Positions 39,140 through 52,163 are shown, counted from the stretch's first letter. The stretch: 64,000 nt of DNA from Hydrolagus affinis (GCA_012026655.1 JAAILG010000062.1:1-64000); one strand, 5' to 3'. The notes: generated by a model from the sequence alone, not told the origin. Numbers and translations: made by a program.

Positions 39140-39676
39140 AGCCATGCATTTGATACAGGACCTTAACATGTCTTAAAGAGCTTCACAGGATTCTTAAATG
39201 TGAAATGCAGTGACTGGGTACTTGCTGCTGAAGATGGCAGCTCCTTGTGCCCAGCAGTGTCCCATAAAGTGAATGCTCAATTTCATTTGGGGGATTATAG
39301 GACAAGAAGCCGGGAGAATCTCCCTGCTCTTTTTCTATACTTCCATGGGATCTTAAACAATAATAATAATTCTTCCATCTAAACAGGTAGACAGGACTTT
39401 GATTTACCTCTACCTAAAGAGGCTGATGGGACCTTCGTTTAATGTCTCATCTGCAGAATGGCATCTCCAACAATGCAGTGACAATTTGCATATACTGAGT
39501 GGCCTTCAGGGGAGGCTAGCATCTCGGAGCATTAAATGCAGCACTCCTCCAACACTGCAATAGAGTGCCTGTCTGGACTGGGTTCAGAGGCTCGGAATGG
39601 CTGTTTAACAACGAAGACGGGACTGAACCCACAATCTTCTGACTCCGAGGTAAACATACTACCGAGTGAGCCAGGC
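39140..39676 (-). mobile_element. Full-length old DeuSINE (SacSINE1-like) with internal rearrangements
   Basis: Tail GCATTTGATACAGGACC...AAAGAGCTTCACAG; core CCGGGAGAATCTCCCTGCTCTT...CCATGGGATCTT, GTTTAATGTCTCATCTG; head GAACCCACAATCTTCTGACTCCGAGG...GAGTGAGCC. Confidence 0.88.
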
Positions 39677-40237
39677 AGACAATATATCAAAGTCATACTT
39701 TTCTTTAACCTCACGTTGTTTCCTCTCCTGAAAAAAATAATCAGCTACAACTGCATTAAATATTGTTTGACCTAAAGCCTTTATACTTCAGCCAAATCCA
39801 TAATGTGTACAAGATAGTTCTGCATAACATCTGAGCATGGCATCCTGGCTGATATTACAGCTCCCAGCCCAAGTCATTGCTGTGGGAAGCAGAGATTAGA
39901 AATATGAAAGATTATTTTAATATCACATATGGTATAAATTGAGTGCAGAGTGATGAACAATGGGGATATCTAATTTATTCCACTATTCCCCATTGTATAC
40001 CTGCTGTTTCTCATTTCTTTACTGACCAACTTAACCTCAGACTAAGGGGTTGTGCAGCAGAATATATCACCATTATCCAAGACTCATTGAAGTTTGGAAA
40101 TGTAAATATACATGAGGGGCACAACATTCCCCCATAGAGTTTAAAGTACACATTCTGGGGCACAGACTGCCTATATGCTTCAGTACAGGTTTGACTGTCT
40201 CATTTCATTGTTGGGCACTTGTCCAGGCTAATACAGC

Positions 40238-40293
40238 AACAACAACAACAAAATTATATTTATAGAGTGCCTTTCACGTCGGGAGGACGTCCC
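40238..40293 (-). mobile_element. Short L2/SINE 3' tail with (CAA)n
   Basis: (CAA)nAATTATATTTATAGAGTGCCTTTCACGTCGGGAGGACGTCCCA. Confidence 0.75.
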
Positions 40294-41174
40294 ATACTCA
40301 ACATGCAGTTGAACATACATATACTCAACATGCAGTTTGCTTGCATGTGTGTTCAACAAGGAGTAGGCCCCAGTCAGGTAAGGAAGCAGCCTGCCTCAGA
40401 GTGTTATGAATTGGATTAAACATGGATTACACTAGGATCATCTTAGCCTCTGCCTGAATGTGAACAGCAGCCAGATTAATATTTTTGTACAAGCACGGAA
40501 CCATTCCCAGCCATTGCAATAGCACATAGGTCCCATGCATTGGAGCTAAACTAAATGCATGCAGTGTATTGAGCCGCCAAATACAGAGCACACAGAGGGG
40601 AATTTCACTCGCAGTTAGTGCCAAAGATAGAAATCACTCAGGAAGTGCACTCATTCTAGCTGTACTGTGTACCTCACTTGCTGTGCTGATGTTAGAGCAC
40701 CGAACAGTTTAAGGCAACACAGAAGTTCTGAATGGCACGAAAAGTGATGCAAGGGTTTGGTTCTTCGTGTTTTCATGATTTATGGTGCTCAGCTCTGTTC
40801 ATCTTGTTTGGGACTCCTCCTCCCTCCCCCCCCCCCAATGAGAGCTGATAAAAGGAAAGAAACCAATAATAAATGCTTTTGTAGTGAGATGCTACAGATT
40901 GGTACTAATGGTTTGGGAAGGTCAGTGATCCTGTTGGGAGGCTCCTGTTGTCTCTGCATTGTCTGCCGATGACCCCTCAACTACTTTTGTGCGGCACATC
41001 CTGTGGGGCCCAAGTATTCCAATGGTTGCTGACCTGATCTGCATTGGTTGAATTGGGGGCGGACTTTATGCACATCTCTCAGGGCAAACAATCACAGGCA
41101 GAAGTGTTTTCACTCCCTCACTCTGGTGACATAATTGCCTACAAAGATGCACAGAATTCTAACTGATATCCATT

Positions 41175-41368
41175 AACTCCCGTCTGCCTGTTCAGGCGGA
41201 CATTAAAAAATCCCTTCCCATTATACAAAAAGAGAAGGTTGTTTTTCCCGGTGTCCTGGCCAATACAATCCGCCAATAAAATTGCTCATTCAGCCGTTTG
41301 TGGGACATTACTTTATAGTGCAAAGTGACTGCACATTCACCTTCAAATGCACAGTCACTACACTTGAA
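41175..41368 (+). mobile_element. DeuSINE internal fragment
   Basis: CCCGTCTGCCTGTTCAGGCGGACATTAAA...CCCGGTGTCCTGGCCAAT...GTTTGTGGGACATT...CAGTCACTACACTTGAA. Confidence 0.85.
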
Positions 41369-42399
41369 GCCTAACTACCACAGATCTGAAGTGTATTGTG
41401 CACGCGAATTTCATTCTGTCCGCTCCGAACATATAGCGGTTGCATTTACTCGACAGATTAACCTGAACACAAAATACACGTTGTGTTCCGAATGCCTAAA
41501 CTGGTCAAACACAATGTGTCGAGTTAACCCAGTTCCCTCTGACCTGAGATCTGTTCACTCAAAGCATTTTTACAGGACCCTAGGTCTAAATAATGCACAC
41601 AAAATGCATATGCAGACCAGGCAAGTTTTACTCATTTGGAATGACGCGTTCATTAAGGGTGACAATCGTTTAATCGGTATAAAATTGTGGCTCATAGTAT
41701 TTTGATGCACATCCCTCTTAAAACCCAATGTGGCCTGATTATATTTAGATGGGTTAGCAATCTATCATTCCTGCCGATCACAGATACCACTCCCATCACT
41801 TTTCTGATGTTGACAGCTCTGGTGTACAGTTTCAAGTATACGTTGTTTCAGTGTATCAAGAAGATGTATATTCAGAACAAACAATGCCCTGAAATGCTGC
41901 ACGCCACTTATATATTCTAATTTGTATGAATTCTGAATCAAAGCTTAACTTGTTTTGGTTGCTACCAACAACGAAAACAAACCTCTGAACAGAGGGATGC
42001 ACCTAAACAAACAGTAATGAACTATATACAAAATGTTGAAGCGTTAGAATACTATACTCTGTAACCTTTCCGATAGTATTTAGCCTCCTAGTTATTTCAT
42101 GTAATTTTGGTATTTTATTTATTTGGATTCGGGCTATGTACATAACAGCATTAGACAGCTTTGCAAATTGGTAGCTGATACGTTTGTACAATTTCTAATG
42201 CTATTAAAGAATTATCCTTTTTTTCTCCCCCTGCTGTTTACACAGCTAAAGTTCATCATGAAACACTTCAGAGCTTCCCAATTCCGCACCAGTACTTGTC
42301 ACATAATGGCATTACGTGAAGGGTGGCAAATCTGTTCACTTTCTTTGCTTTTGGTTTGATTGCTGACGGAGCCTGCGGAGGTATCTAGTAGAGCTGTGG

Positions 42400-43005
42400 A
42401 TCTCAGGCCACTGGAAGCCAAAGAAAACTATGACCTGTGAAATGCACATGGAAACCCCTGACAAAACTCAGCTCGATAGGTTAAAGTGCTAATGTTTGCC
42501 TTAGTACCCTGTCAGAATCGAAACAAAGAGAGATCTAATCTACAGGAGTGTGGCCTCACAGTCTCACTACTCTGTTTTTAAATGATGACTGTGTACTCCA
42601 GATTTCTAAAGCAGCTTCAGGAAAAAAAAATGCAACATTGGTTTCCAAAATCACTGACTTGGGAACAATCTTGAGAATGTAATAGTCTTCCTCTTGCCAT
42701 TCCTTTATTTTTTGCAGTGATGGATCACTTCTGTGAGTGTAGTGTGTAAAGTCATGCCAGAAATGTCCATATCCATTTCTGACACGACTTTTAATACTGC
42801 ACAAACAGAAGTAAATGACCAGACAGCAAGACTGTGAGACTACACTCCTGTAGTTTAAATCTCTCTTTGTTTAGTGTCTGACAGGGCGTTTGAGCAAACA
42901 TGAGCACTCTAACCCATCAAGCTGATTTTGTTACAGTCTCCATGGATACCTATGCATACATCACACGGCAAACTTTTGTCTGGTCCGGCTTCCTGATGGT
43001 CTCAG
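42400..43005. repeat. Long foldback palindrome (MITE-like/ancient palindromic element)
   Basis: For example AACAAAGAGAGATCTAATCTACAGGAGTGTGGCCTCACAGTCT (left arm) versus AGACTGTGAGACTACACTCCTGTAGTTTAAATCTCTCTTTGTT (right arm). Centre at 42766-42773. Confidence 0.9.
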
Positions 43006-46000
43006 TACATTGGTTATGTCTACTCTGGTACACTCTAATATCACATCACCATGAATGCCATTTCAAATCTGTCAAAATATACAACAAAACATTGGCACCT
43101 GATACTCTATAACCCCAAAGCTTATGCATCGATATTTGAATGACACATCACTGATATTGCAGAGTACAGTAGCAAAATTGGTGAAGGACATCACACAAAT
43201 GATTTGATTGTCACTACGTATTGACACCCTATAGGATAGTTAGTGCTGTATTTGGATAATATCAGATTCCTTATAGCTACCTCTATATTCACATTAATAT
43301 TTTCCTTATCAGCTGTTTTTATTTTCATCTTGTGAATCATTAAATAAATACCTTCACCATCTCCTTTATTTTATGAAAAAATAAATATGGGGAAGCTCCT
43401 TTCATTGTACTGTACTGCCTGATTGACTAAAACCATGATAGCATTTGAAGGAGCAGCAATGGAGTCTAACCAACTGTGGACATATAGGGGATACATCTGG
43501 CGTCCTTCATGTATCTGTGACTAATCCTGATGGACCTGAATCGCTATCAGAGGTCTCTAGTGCTGCAGTCGCTCTTGGCTCATGGCTCTCAAAGGCCTAC
43601 TGAGGGCTACATAATGGTTCAGAACAGCCGCAGGCAGGAATGCCAGCTGGCTGCACCTGTACTGCTCCATGCCTGCCCCTGGTGGAGCCATCTCCTCTGA
43701 ATATGTATCTCATTTGTCAGAATTTCTCTATCCCGTTTGTTAGAACCAGTCTTCCAGAGAGTGGAAGAAAGCCATTGGATTCTTCCTCTTTGACTTTTGA
43801 CCCCAGTGCTTCCACATAATGTCAAACAATGTGGGGGCAATGATGAATCAGACTTGATGAATTTTTCCTTAAACAAAATTCCTATTGTAATACACCCATT
43901 GCAGCACATAACTTTGTTATTTTTAGCATTGGGATTTATGTTGTGGAACTTCCCAGTGGAATTCCTTATTAATAAATCTGCTGCACAAACGGTAACCAGA
44001 AGTACCTCACACCAAGCTCCAGGAACATCCAATATGATGTAGTTCCAGAGCAAACTTCATACTAGTTGACGGAGATTCCTCATCAAGAACCTATTATCAC
44101 ATTGCTTTACGAGTGGATCCTTGTTGTGGCTGGAGATTGTTTGAATCAGCTAACAGTGCCCTTTTAGATCCCATTATTCTGAACGTTTCCCTGTCAGCAC
44201 AACTTTTTAGTGCCTAGAATCTGCAGTGTTCTTATTGTGCACGTATGTCCTGTCACTTGAGTTGAACGTTTGCCACATCCTGCGGAGGTGGTGCAGCCTT
44301 TGTTACTGTTTTCCACTCTGGGCACCTCCTTAGGATAATTAAAGAGGAGGGAGAAGGGGAAAAAAAACAGTTTTTATTTTTAAATTGATCACTGCTGGTG
44401 AATAGCAGTCACTTCCTTCGATATTCTTCAGCATCCCATCAACATGTTGACTTTAAATATAAAGATTTAGCAGTCCCATTTTTACCTTGCCTATTTGTGT
44501 GCGAAAACCTGTTTTGCAGGGTGTCATGGCATTAACTAATACCTCATTGTATATGAGTGTTTACTTCTAACAGTGTAGTGCAACACAAGCAGTGGCGTTG
44601 AAGAGTGTATCTAATTTTCCATGTGATAAATTGACTTCAGCATGAGGAACATTGCCATTAAAATCAGCACCCCGCTGGTAACAGCTATACAGCTTCATAG
44701 GTAATAGACTAAGATGGCTGACCTGCTTGATTCTTGTTTTTCAAGCGTTTTGCAGTGTGAGTGTTGCTGTTACAAGGCCAAATTTGTATGTCAAATCATA
44801 ACACAGGATTTGCCAATTGGAAGGGAGCCACATCCCCCATGGCTTCTTAAGCACAGCAGGAAGAAAAGAAGGGTGACTGAAAGAAAAACAATGTTGAATA
44901 AATGGGAGTCCCTAATGGAGCACAGAGCAGGGTCAGGATACATAAATACCTAAAGTTTTAATAATAAGATGTGAGTGAGATCTCAGTGCAGTGAGTGCCA
45001 TTTCAGCATTCATTGCACCACTGCCAAATCCTTTCTAAATTTGTATTGCTAATTCACACTGTAACATCAGCTGGGAGCCTGTGGTTTATTCTGGAGAAGG
45101 TCGGTTGATGAAATTAGAATTGTCTCGCTTCTTTTTAATAATATTACATTTCACAGTTGACATGGAATCAAAATAATTTAATTTATGTTTGCGGGTAGTG
45201 GTTTTCAGAATTTTGTTTTGCTCATGTGCGGGACTCATTTGATCCTTCTCAGATACTTTTACAAAATTGAACCTGATCCATTCTTAAAGGAGGATCAGAA
45301 GATCCATAACTCTGTACTTTTTCCCCCCAGTTAAAATAAGGAAATCCTAACAAACAGTGCAGTACAGAGCACATATACACACAGCACACTATTGTTTATA
45401 ATTAAGCTGCATTTACAAATTATTACATTCCCCAACAGCTATTTTGACTGCCATACGAACTGATCAAACAATTTAAATAAACAACAAGCATATTAGAATT
45501 TCAATATTATATGAATGATTGAGTTCTTTTTTAAAAAAAATTCTATTGCTTTATATACTATTACAGGCACATTAACGCTGTCTGTGTGTGAGACAATAGG
45601 AGTAAGCTGCAGTAAGATCTCAGCACTATTGAAGGGTGCAAATAACATTGTAAACCTCAGAGCAAAGTTCAAGCACTTTAAAAGTAACCTAACCCCTGGG
45701 GTTTGTGGAATTACCTTTAAAGTTGCTCGTTGTTGTTTATTATGTTGTAAAATTATGTACAATAGTTTCTTCTAATTGACTTTATTTTTAAAGGAAGATT
45801 GCTGCTTGCTTTGCTGAGTATGGTCACGTTCATTATGATGCTAGGAAATGTGATTTATCCATCACATATGTTCAGGTGAAATACAGGAATATTTATTGTG
45901 CTATCTGTGCCTTGTGCAAATGGTTAAAGATGGGTGGATACCTCATTACAGCCACAAATTTGTGGAAACTGTAACACGTTTTTATTTGTCATTCCAGATT

Positions 46001-47299
46001 AGCATGATCAGGAATATATATCAGCAGCAAAGCTCAATATTTTGTGGCATTTTCTGAAGGTAATTAGAGCTCCTTTGTTGTAAATATGATGTAAAGCAGC
46101 TATAACTGTCTGTGAAAGTAATTAAGGCAACAACAATATAGCCCACTGCACCTAATAGATTATTTTAGATGCATAATTTCTGCATTTTAAAAACATAATG
46201 CATGCATATAAAATTGAAATTGTCAAGATCCTCATAAGTCATAAAATTATTCTGCTATTAGAAGCATTCTTCAGACACTGCTTTGCATAATCTTAATTTA
46301 ACATGAATTTATAGTCCATGTTTTGGTTGTGAGAGAGACTGCTGGAGAATGGATGTGAACCGGGGCAGACTTTGTATGTGAAAGGCATGGGGGGAAGAAT
46401 GACCTGGAGATTTGTTCAACAATTGTAATTATAAAATCAAAGCTCTGGTTTTCTCTGTTGGATATCTCAACATCTAATGGATATGTTGTAAAGGAAGCGT
46501 ACAAATGAATAATCATTTCCAACAACTCACAGCAGCGTGCTCAGCATGTTAGTTGAAGAAACGGCAAAAGTTTGGGAGCAGGGGACTGATTAAGATGAGG
46601 ATGATTCTCTGTTGGAGGATGTATTGTGGAAGTATCCTCGGGAGAATAAATTTTCACCTGCAAGGAAAGTGCATTATGAACACTGTGGAACTCCAGAATA
46701 CCGAGCATGGAGCTTATTAAGAACAAATGCTAATTTGCACCAAATCTCCCACTGAAATGGAAGCAAGTTTACCACTGAGTGTGTTAATTTACAAAGAACA
46801 CTATTATCTTTGGTCAGACTTAATACACTAGGGTGGGGTCATTAGCTATGGATTTACTTGTTCCATTATCTATCTTCTGTTATGTGCAGTTTATTGGCTT
46901 TCAGGAAGGTCCAGTGTTTTTCTGCTGTACGAGAATATACTCCCTGGATATGCAGGATATAGGAAAGATCTACCAGTGTAATAAAAGGCGCAGCTGGGGT
47001 GAAATTATTATAATACTTTGTAGATATAATGAAACCATTAATTGACTGTGGTGATTTGAATTTTTGTTGTGTATTAATTTTTGTTGCCTCTACAAGCCCA
47101 TAGGATTTATATAAGCTTCTCCTTGTTGCATATGATTGAACAACAATTAAATACTTAAAATCACTGCTAAATATATTTCTGAACAGTGCTTTTGAAAAAT
47201 ACTAACTTTTAAAGTATAATATCTGAGATGAATTTTTTTTTAGTCAGCCAGGTATCTGGAGGATAAGCAAATATTAGAACCGCAGTTTCCACTGCCACA

Positions 47300-47578
47300 G
47301 CTCTGTCAGTCCAGTTCAGTTATCAACACGGCCAAGCTTTGGGTTAGAAAGTTGTGGGTTCAAGCAATTCAACATTGGAACTTGAGCTCATAGTCTAGGG
47401 TGACACTCAACTGCATTGTCAGAGATGCTGTCCTTTGAATGAGACAGTACACCAAGGTCCTGTTTGACTACAAAAACAGTCATTGTATTTTGTCAGAACT
47501 GTAATTACTGCAAAGCGCTTTGAGACATTCCAATATTCATAGACTCCATATCAAATGTAAGGATTATTACTATTATTG
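47300..47578 (+). mobile_element. Old DeuSINE with internal deletion
   Basis: AGAAAGTTGTGGGTTCAAG...CTTGAGCTCATAGTCTAGGGTGACAC...AAAGCGCTTTGAGACA...AAATGTAAGGATTATTAC. Confidence 0.85.
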
Positions 47579-48249
47579 TCATTAAAACTGTATCAGTATC
47601 ACACCTGTACTAACAGCACAAAGAAGACAAAGATAGGACTTTTTTACACTAATTGCTTTGTGTCAGCTGCTGGTAAAAGAATATGGTTGTTGGCTTTGAA
47701 GCAACCTGTCAAGTGTGAACCTTCATGACTACATCTAGAAGAAGGTTTAATGCATGCATTTTGCATGAATGCATTTTATTGTCAACCATTAGATATTATC
47801 TCAAACCACAATTTTTAAGAACAAAAAAAATGTATAAGTCTCCTATTGTTTCCCAGGTATCAGGTTTTTCTTTGTTTCTCCTTGGGCTTGTTTGTTATTT
47901 TTACAATTAACTATGCCCTTGAGAGTTTGAAACAGAATACACAGAAATTTCACCATTTACTTTGGAAGTGAGAAACCTCTTTACCAAGACATGACTTAAC
48001 CATCTCCCACCCAAAAAAACTATTTCTGCTACATGAGCTATCTGATAAATAGTTCACAGGATCTTTCCAGCTAAATATCCTTTGAGAGGAGGAGGAAAAT
48101 CATGATTACATTATACAAGCCAAAAATAATATTTATCATGCACGTGCTGTTATTTTATAGAGTGTGCCTGTCAACGGCATGGAGAGACTTTTAAAAACAA
48201 AGCTGTGAGATATATAGATGTGCATAAATAAAAAGCATCTAATGATGAA

Positions 48250-48516
48250 TTAATTATACACAGCAAAAAAGACCCGACTGCAAAACCTTGCAATCTGAGG
48301 AGACTTTTCAGCCAGCCCACAAGTGTTAAGGTAGATGTTTTTCTTGCTATGTTGCGGCCAATGCACATATGTGCAACATCTTTCCGCACAAGTCATCATA
48401 CCTGTGGAGAACGTGATGACAGGGAGGCTGGTCATGTTTAGGGTCAGCAGCACCTTGGGGGGAAGGACTTTTTGGCAGAACAGATTAATTGTGTTCAGCC
48501 CTTGGATTTCCCACAA
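48250..48516 (-). mobile_element. Possible fossil Gypsy integrase zinc-binding region
   Basis: KVLPPK...STGMMTCAERCCTYVHWPQHSKKNIYLNTC loosely resembles 'RVVIPP...HxGMxKCKxRARxxVYWPxxxKDIxxxVxxC'. Several key residues are missing. Confidence 0.35.
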
Positions 48517-51500
48517 CTGGCCATTTTGGCAGGGCTGTCTGGCAGCTCTTTAGAAAGTCTATCAATCCCCCGTAATAAACACTTTTTTGACTCAGTCTGG
48601 AGAGCTCCTTGACAAAAAAGCTAACTCGGCACACAAACATCATAGATCAGTAATGGTTCTATATATTATTAAGTACTACGATTTTCCAAGGTACGTTTTG
48701 TCACTTTGGTCTGTACACATAAGGACAGTTTTGGACGATGTGGCTTGAAAGGGTGAGCAAACTAAATTATTAATAATCTGAATACCAATGTGATAGAAAC
48801 AGATGTCTGCAGAAAGCTTTATTTGGTATTACATAACCACATACAGCATTTGATGACAAGTTTCCCCTGCTGTCACTGAAATCAGACCTTGTATTCAAAT
48901 CACAGTTATATTCCCCTGTTGAGTAGCATTCTTTACACCCTCCAGATATTTACCAAGTACACTCGCATTGCTGTCATTTAATGGTTGTTCCCTCCTTTCT
49001 GTGTGCAATCCTAATTTCAAGATCTGAAAAAGATGTGACAGCTCTTCTAGAAGATTAACTCTCTGCCTCTTTTCACCTGTCATTTGTAACTTGCAGTCAC
49101 GCACTGATAGTTCAGTTCATTGGGAAGTCGTCAACATAGCTCTAATTAAAGGCTCTTAATATAGCGATTAATTATACATCTACATTTCCTCCACTGGTTA
49201 TTAGGGTGGTATGATTTTTTTCAGCTCTTAACAGTTACAATTACGATTTTTTTCTCCTCTTTAAGTTTTGATTTATTGTAGTGCAGTGCTCCCCCATTAT
49301 ATGCCCACTCTTTAGTTTCTCCACCATCACACATTTCACTTAAAAGCCAGGGGGCTACAGAGTCCCTCACAGTTGCACTCAACGGTGCCCTGTGATGATC
49401 TAACAAGAGATGTGCATCACACTGCCAGTTGGACCCCCTTGTCAATCTCCTTCTCAGCCCCCCCATCTACTCTTCCCTGCTGGCACACTTTGCCAATGAA
49501 GTGAAGTGAAATGCTTTACTTAGTAGCATGGGTAAGCATTGGTCAAACTATCGCATTAAGGGCAGCAGGGTTTCCAATTCCATTTGAAGTAGATTCAACC
49601 ACAAGTGAACTGAGACAGAACCCAGCATTCCACTTCCAGACTGCTCCAGATCTAGTTGTTTCATTTTGTAGTGTAATATCATCCATAACTATTTATCTAG
49701 CCCCCATTCATTGAGCTGAAGCCTTGTGACGTTTCACACTGTGTTTGGGTGTAAGATGTATGCAAATAAGCATATCTTATACACATGCTGATATGTAACC
49801 GAATATAAAAGTGCTGTATTTGTAATAAGATTGTGTCTCTGTCTAAACAATGTAACTATATTTTAATATGTAGATGTTATACTTTTTTTTAACGGTGGGT
49901 GGGGGTGTATGTACAGTTGTATGTTGGGAGTGAAAGCTGATAAAACTCAAAGCTCCAAAGGGAATCTGAGTTTGCATACTTATTTGCACTGTCGTAATGG
50001 TGACACAAATATGACCTATCTCATTTTCTAGTGTGGTAGAGTAGTTCTGCATTATATCTATTGGTGATGGTGTGTTGGTCAGTCTCAGAAAGAGATTGGG
50101 GCATCTGCATGTAATGATAATGTAGAAGTGAATATGCATCTATTTTCTTATGTGGTGCAGAACATGGCTATGTGTTTTGGAAAATTGTGAACTAACCCTG
50201 CGGATCATGGCTCGGATTCAGGATATGACTTTGTAGACAGCCAAACTATGAACCTTCAAAGACGAGCACCAAGTAAATGAAATTCTCATGTCTATAATGT
50301 TCAGGGCTGGTTTGCATGCAACGATATAAAAATGAATAATAGGCCATTGAAAATAAAACACCATTTGGAATCATTTTCTTAAATAACCCCTTTCTCTCAT
50401 ATCTCTCGTGAACAATGCTATCTGTTGTTACAACTGCAGTTCTCCATGCATTGGGAAGTTCATGTTCCATGATTTCCCCAGTGACTGAAAATTATGACAG
50501 CCAGATAACTTAAATGTATTAATAACTGAGTCCTGTTTGTAATTGGTTACTAATTAAATCATTATTGTGTCTCTATTCAGCAGTTATCTAGTCCATGCAC
50601 TGAAAGGAGACTGAGTTTTATCCACTCTAAAATAAGATTCAAACTCAGCTCTCTCCCATTCGCACAATAAACTGAAAGTATTCAGAGTTTGGTTCCACCT
50701 TGCTGTACTTTCCAACTTAGCAGTTAAGACGCTGCAGAGACATGATCAGCCTTGCTCTGCATTGCATTCAGTCTGACTTAAAACCAGCAGCATTTTAAAT
50801 ACAAAAATATGACCCATTTTATTCAAGGTTTGAAGATATAATTGAACAGTGATAACACGCAAGTGTGTTATTGAGGGGAAGGTGGGCCATTTAAAGGGCT
50901 TAGTTTATCTTTCAATCAAGAGCCTATTCTTGATACACTTATACAGTATTATTGCTCAAATGGAACTCCATCCTCTATTAGAACCTGCTTTCATCAGTTT
51001 AGTACAAAACACCTGCATTTTTCTTTGTTAACAGAAAGCACTGTTTACCAGCGCAAGTATTTAATCTTTGTTTAAGCAGAAAATTTTGTATTCAGCTTGT
51101 AAGGTCATCTGTTTCCAGCATCTGATAGTTCGCCATCACCTGGCATTGCCCTTCCTCAATCTTTGAGTGCTGTCATCAGTTTCATAATTGTTCCAGTTAT
51201 CTGTTTACCACTTGCCTTCATTTTTGACGTTCTGTCGAACAGTCATGTGAGCTCTCTATAGAAGATGGAGGTGGAAAAACACACAGGATATTGACAAAAC
51301 AAAACCATTCTTCTTTTTTGTCACTTTGTAGCTGATGGACTGACCTCAAATGTTGCCTGGTGCCACCAGAGAACAGTTTCTTTCCTGCTTGTGTCTGCCA
51401 GCTGCTGTGGAGTTGTGCATCCTGCATTCTGTGAGGTGAGCGAATATTAACTGGGTAAGGCTAGTGACAGACGAGTCCATTCTGCTCTTAGACTTACTCG

Positions 51501-52022
51501 GGTTTACATTTTCAAAGTGTCAAAGGGAAACCGGAAACCAGCGTTTGAATTCATTCAATGGAGATTTTATATCAACAGTTTCAAGCAGCAACGCACACAT
51601 TTATATTAAACATCTGTACACAATAATACCCGCTTATCAGATAAGTAATTTGTTTAATTGTATTTTTATATCTTGAAACAAAGTGAATTTATTTGCCTCC
51701 TTTCAGCGCTTTTTATCCACAGACTCCAGCTGGGAGGACAGGGCTTTTGTGGAGTGTGAATTTCTTCACAGCCATCATTAGCAACACTGGGTCATCAGCC
51801 AATACAAGACTCATATTAAGCAGGGTGACTCATCCAGGTTGAATTGCTTTCCTCCCATGTGGAGCTTTGTGTAATGGCTTGAATGGGAACTGACAGAACC
51901 CAAACCAGTGCCTGTTGTGAAATTATGTTATTGAACATGAGCAAAAATATTTTGGGCCACAGAATATTTCTAACTAAGAGAAGCACAGATTGGATATATG
52001 GGAGGAAACTAGCCTATTCAGC

Positions 52023-52163
52023 AAAAAAAATACAAAATACTGCAGATGCTGGAAATCTGAAACAAAACAGAAATCGCTGGGAACACTCAGTGGATCAGGC
52101 AGCATCTGTGGAGAAAGGAAAAGTGAGTCAACGTTTTGGGTCCACGACCCTTCATCAGAACCC
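52023..52163 (-). mobile_element. Penelope-like element terminal repeat (chondrichthyan type) containing a hammerhead motif
   Basis: CTGCAGATGCTGGAAATCTGAAACAAAACAGAAATCGCTGGGAACACTCAGTGGATCAGGCAGCATCTGTGGAG...AACGTTTTGGGTCCACGACCCTTCATCAGAAC matches the abundant shark Penelope terminus as I recall it. Confidence 0.85.

Noticed and set aside
43619-44053. 144-aa minus-strand ORF
   Set aside because: Non-ATG start, no recognisable motif, and no convincing paired splice sites.
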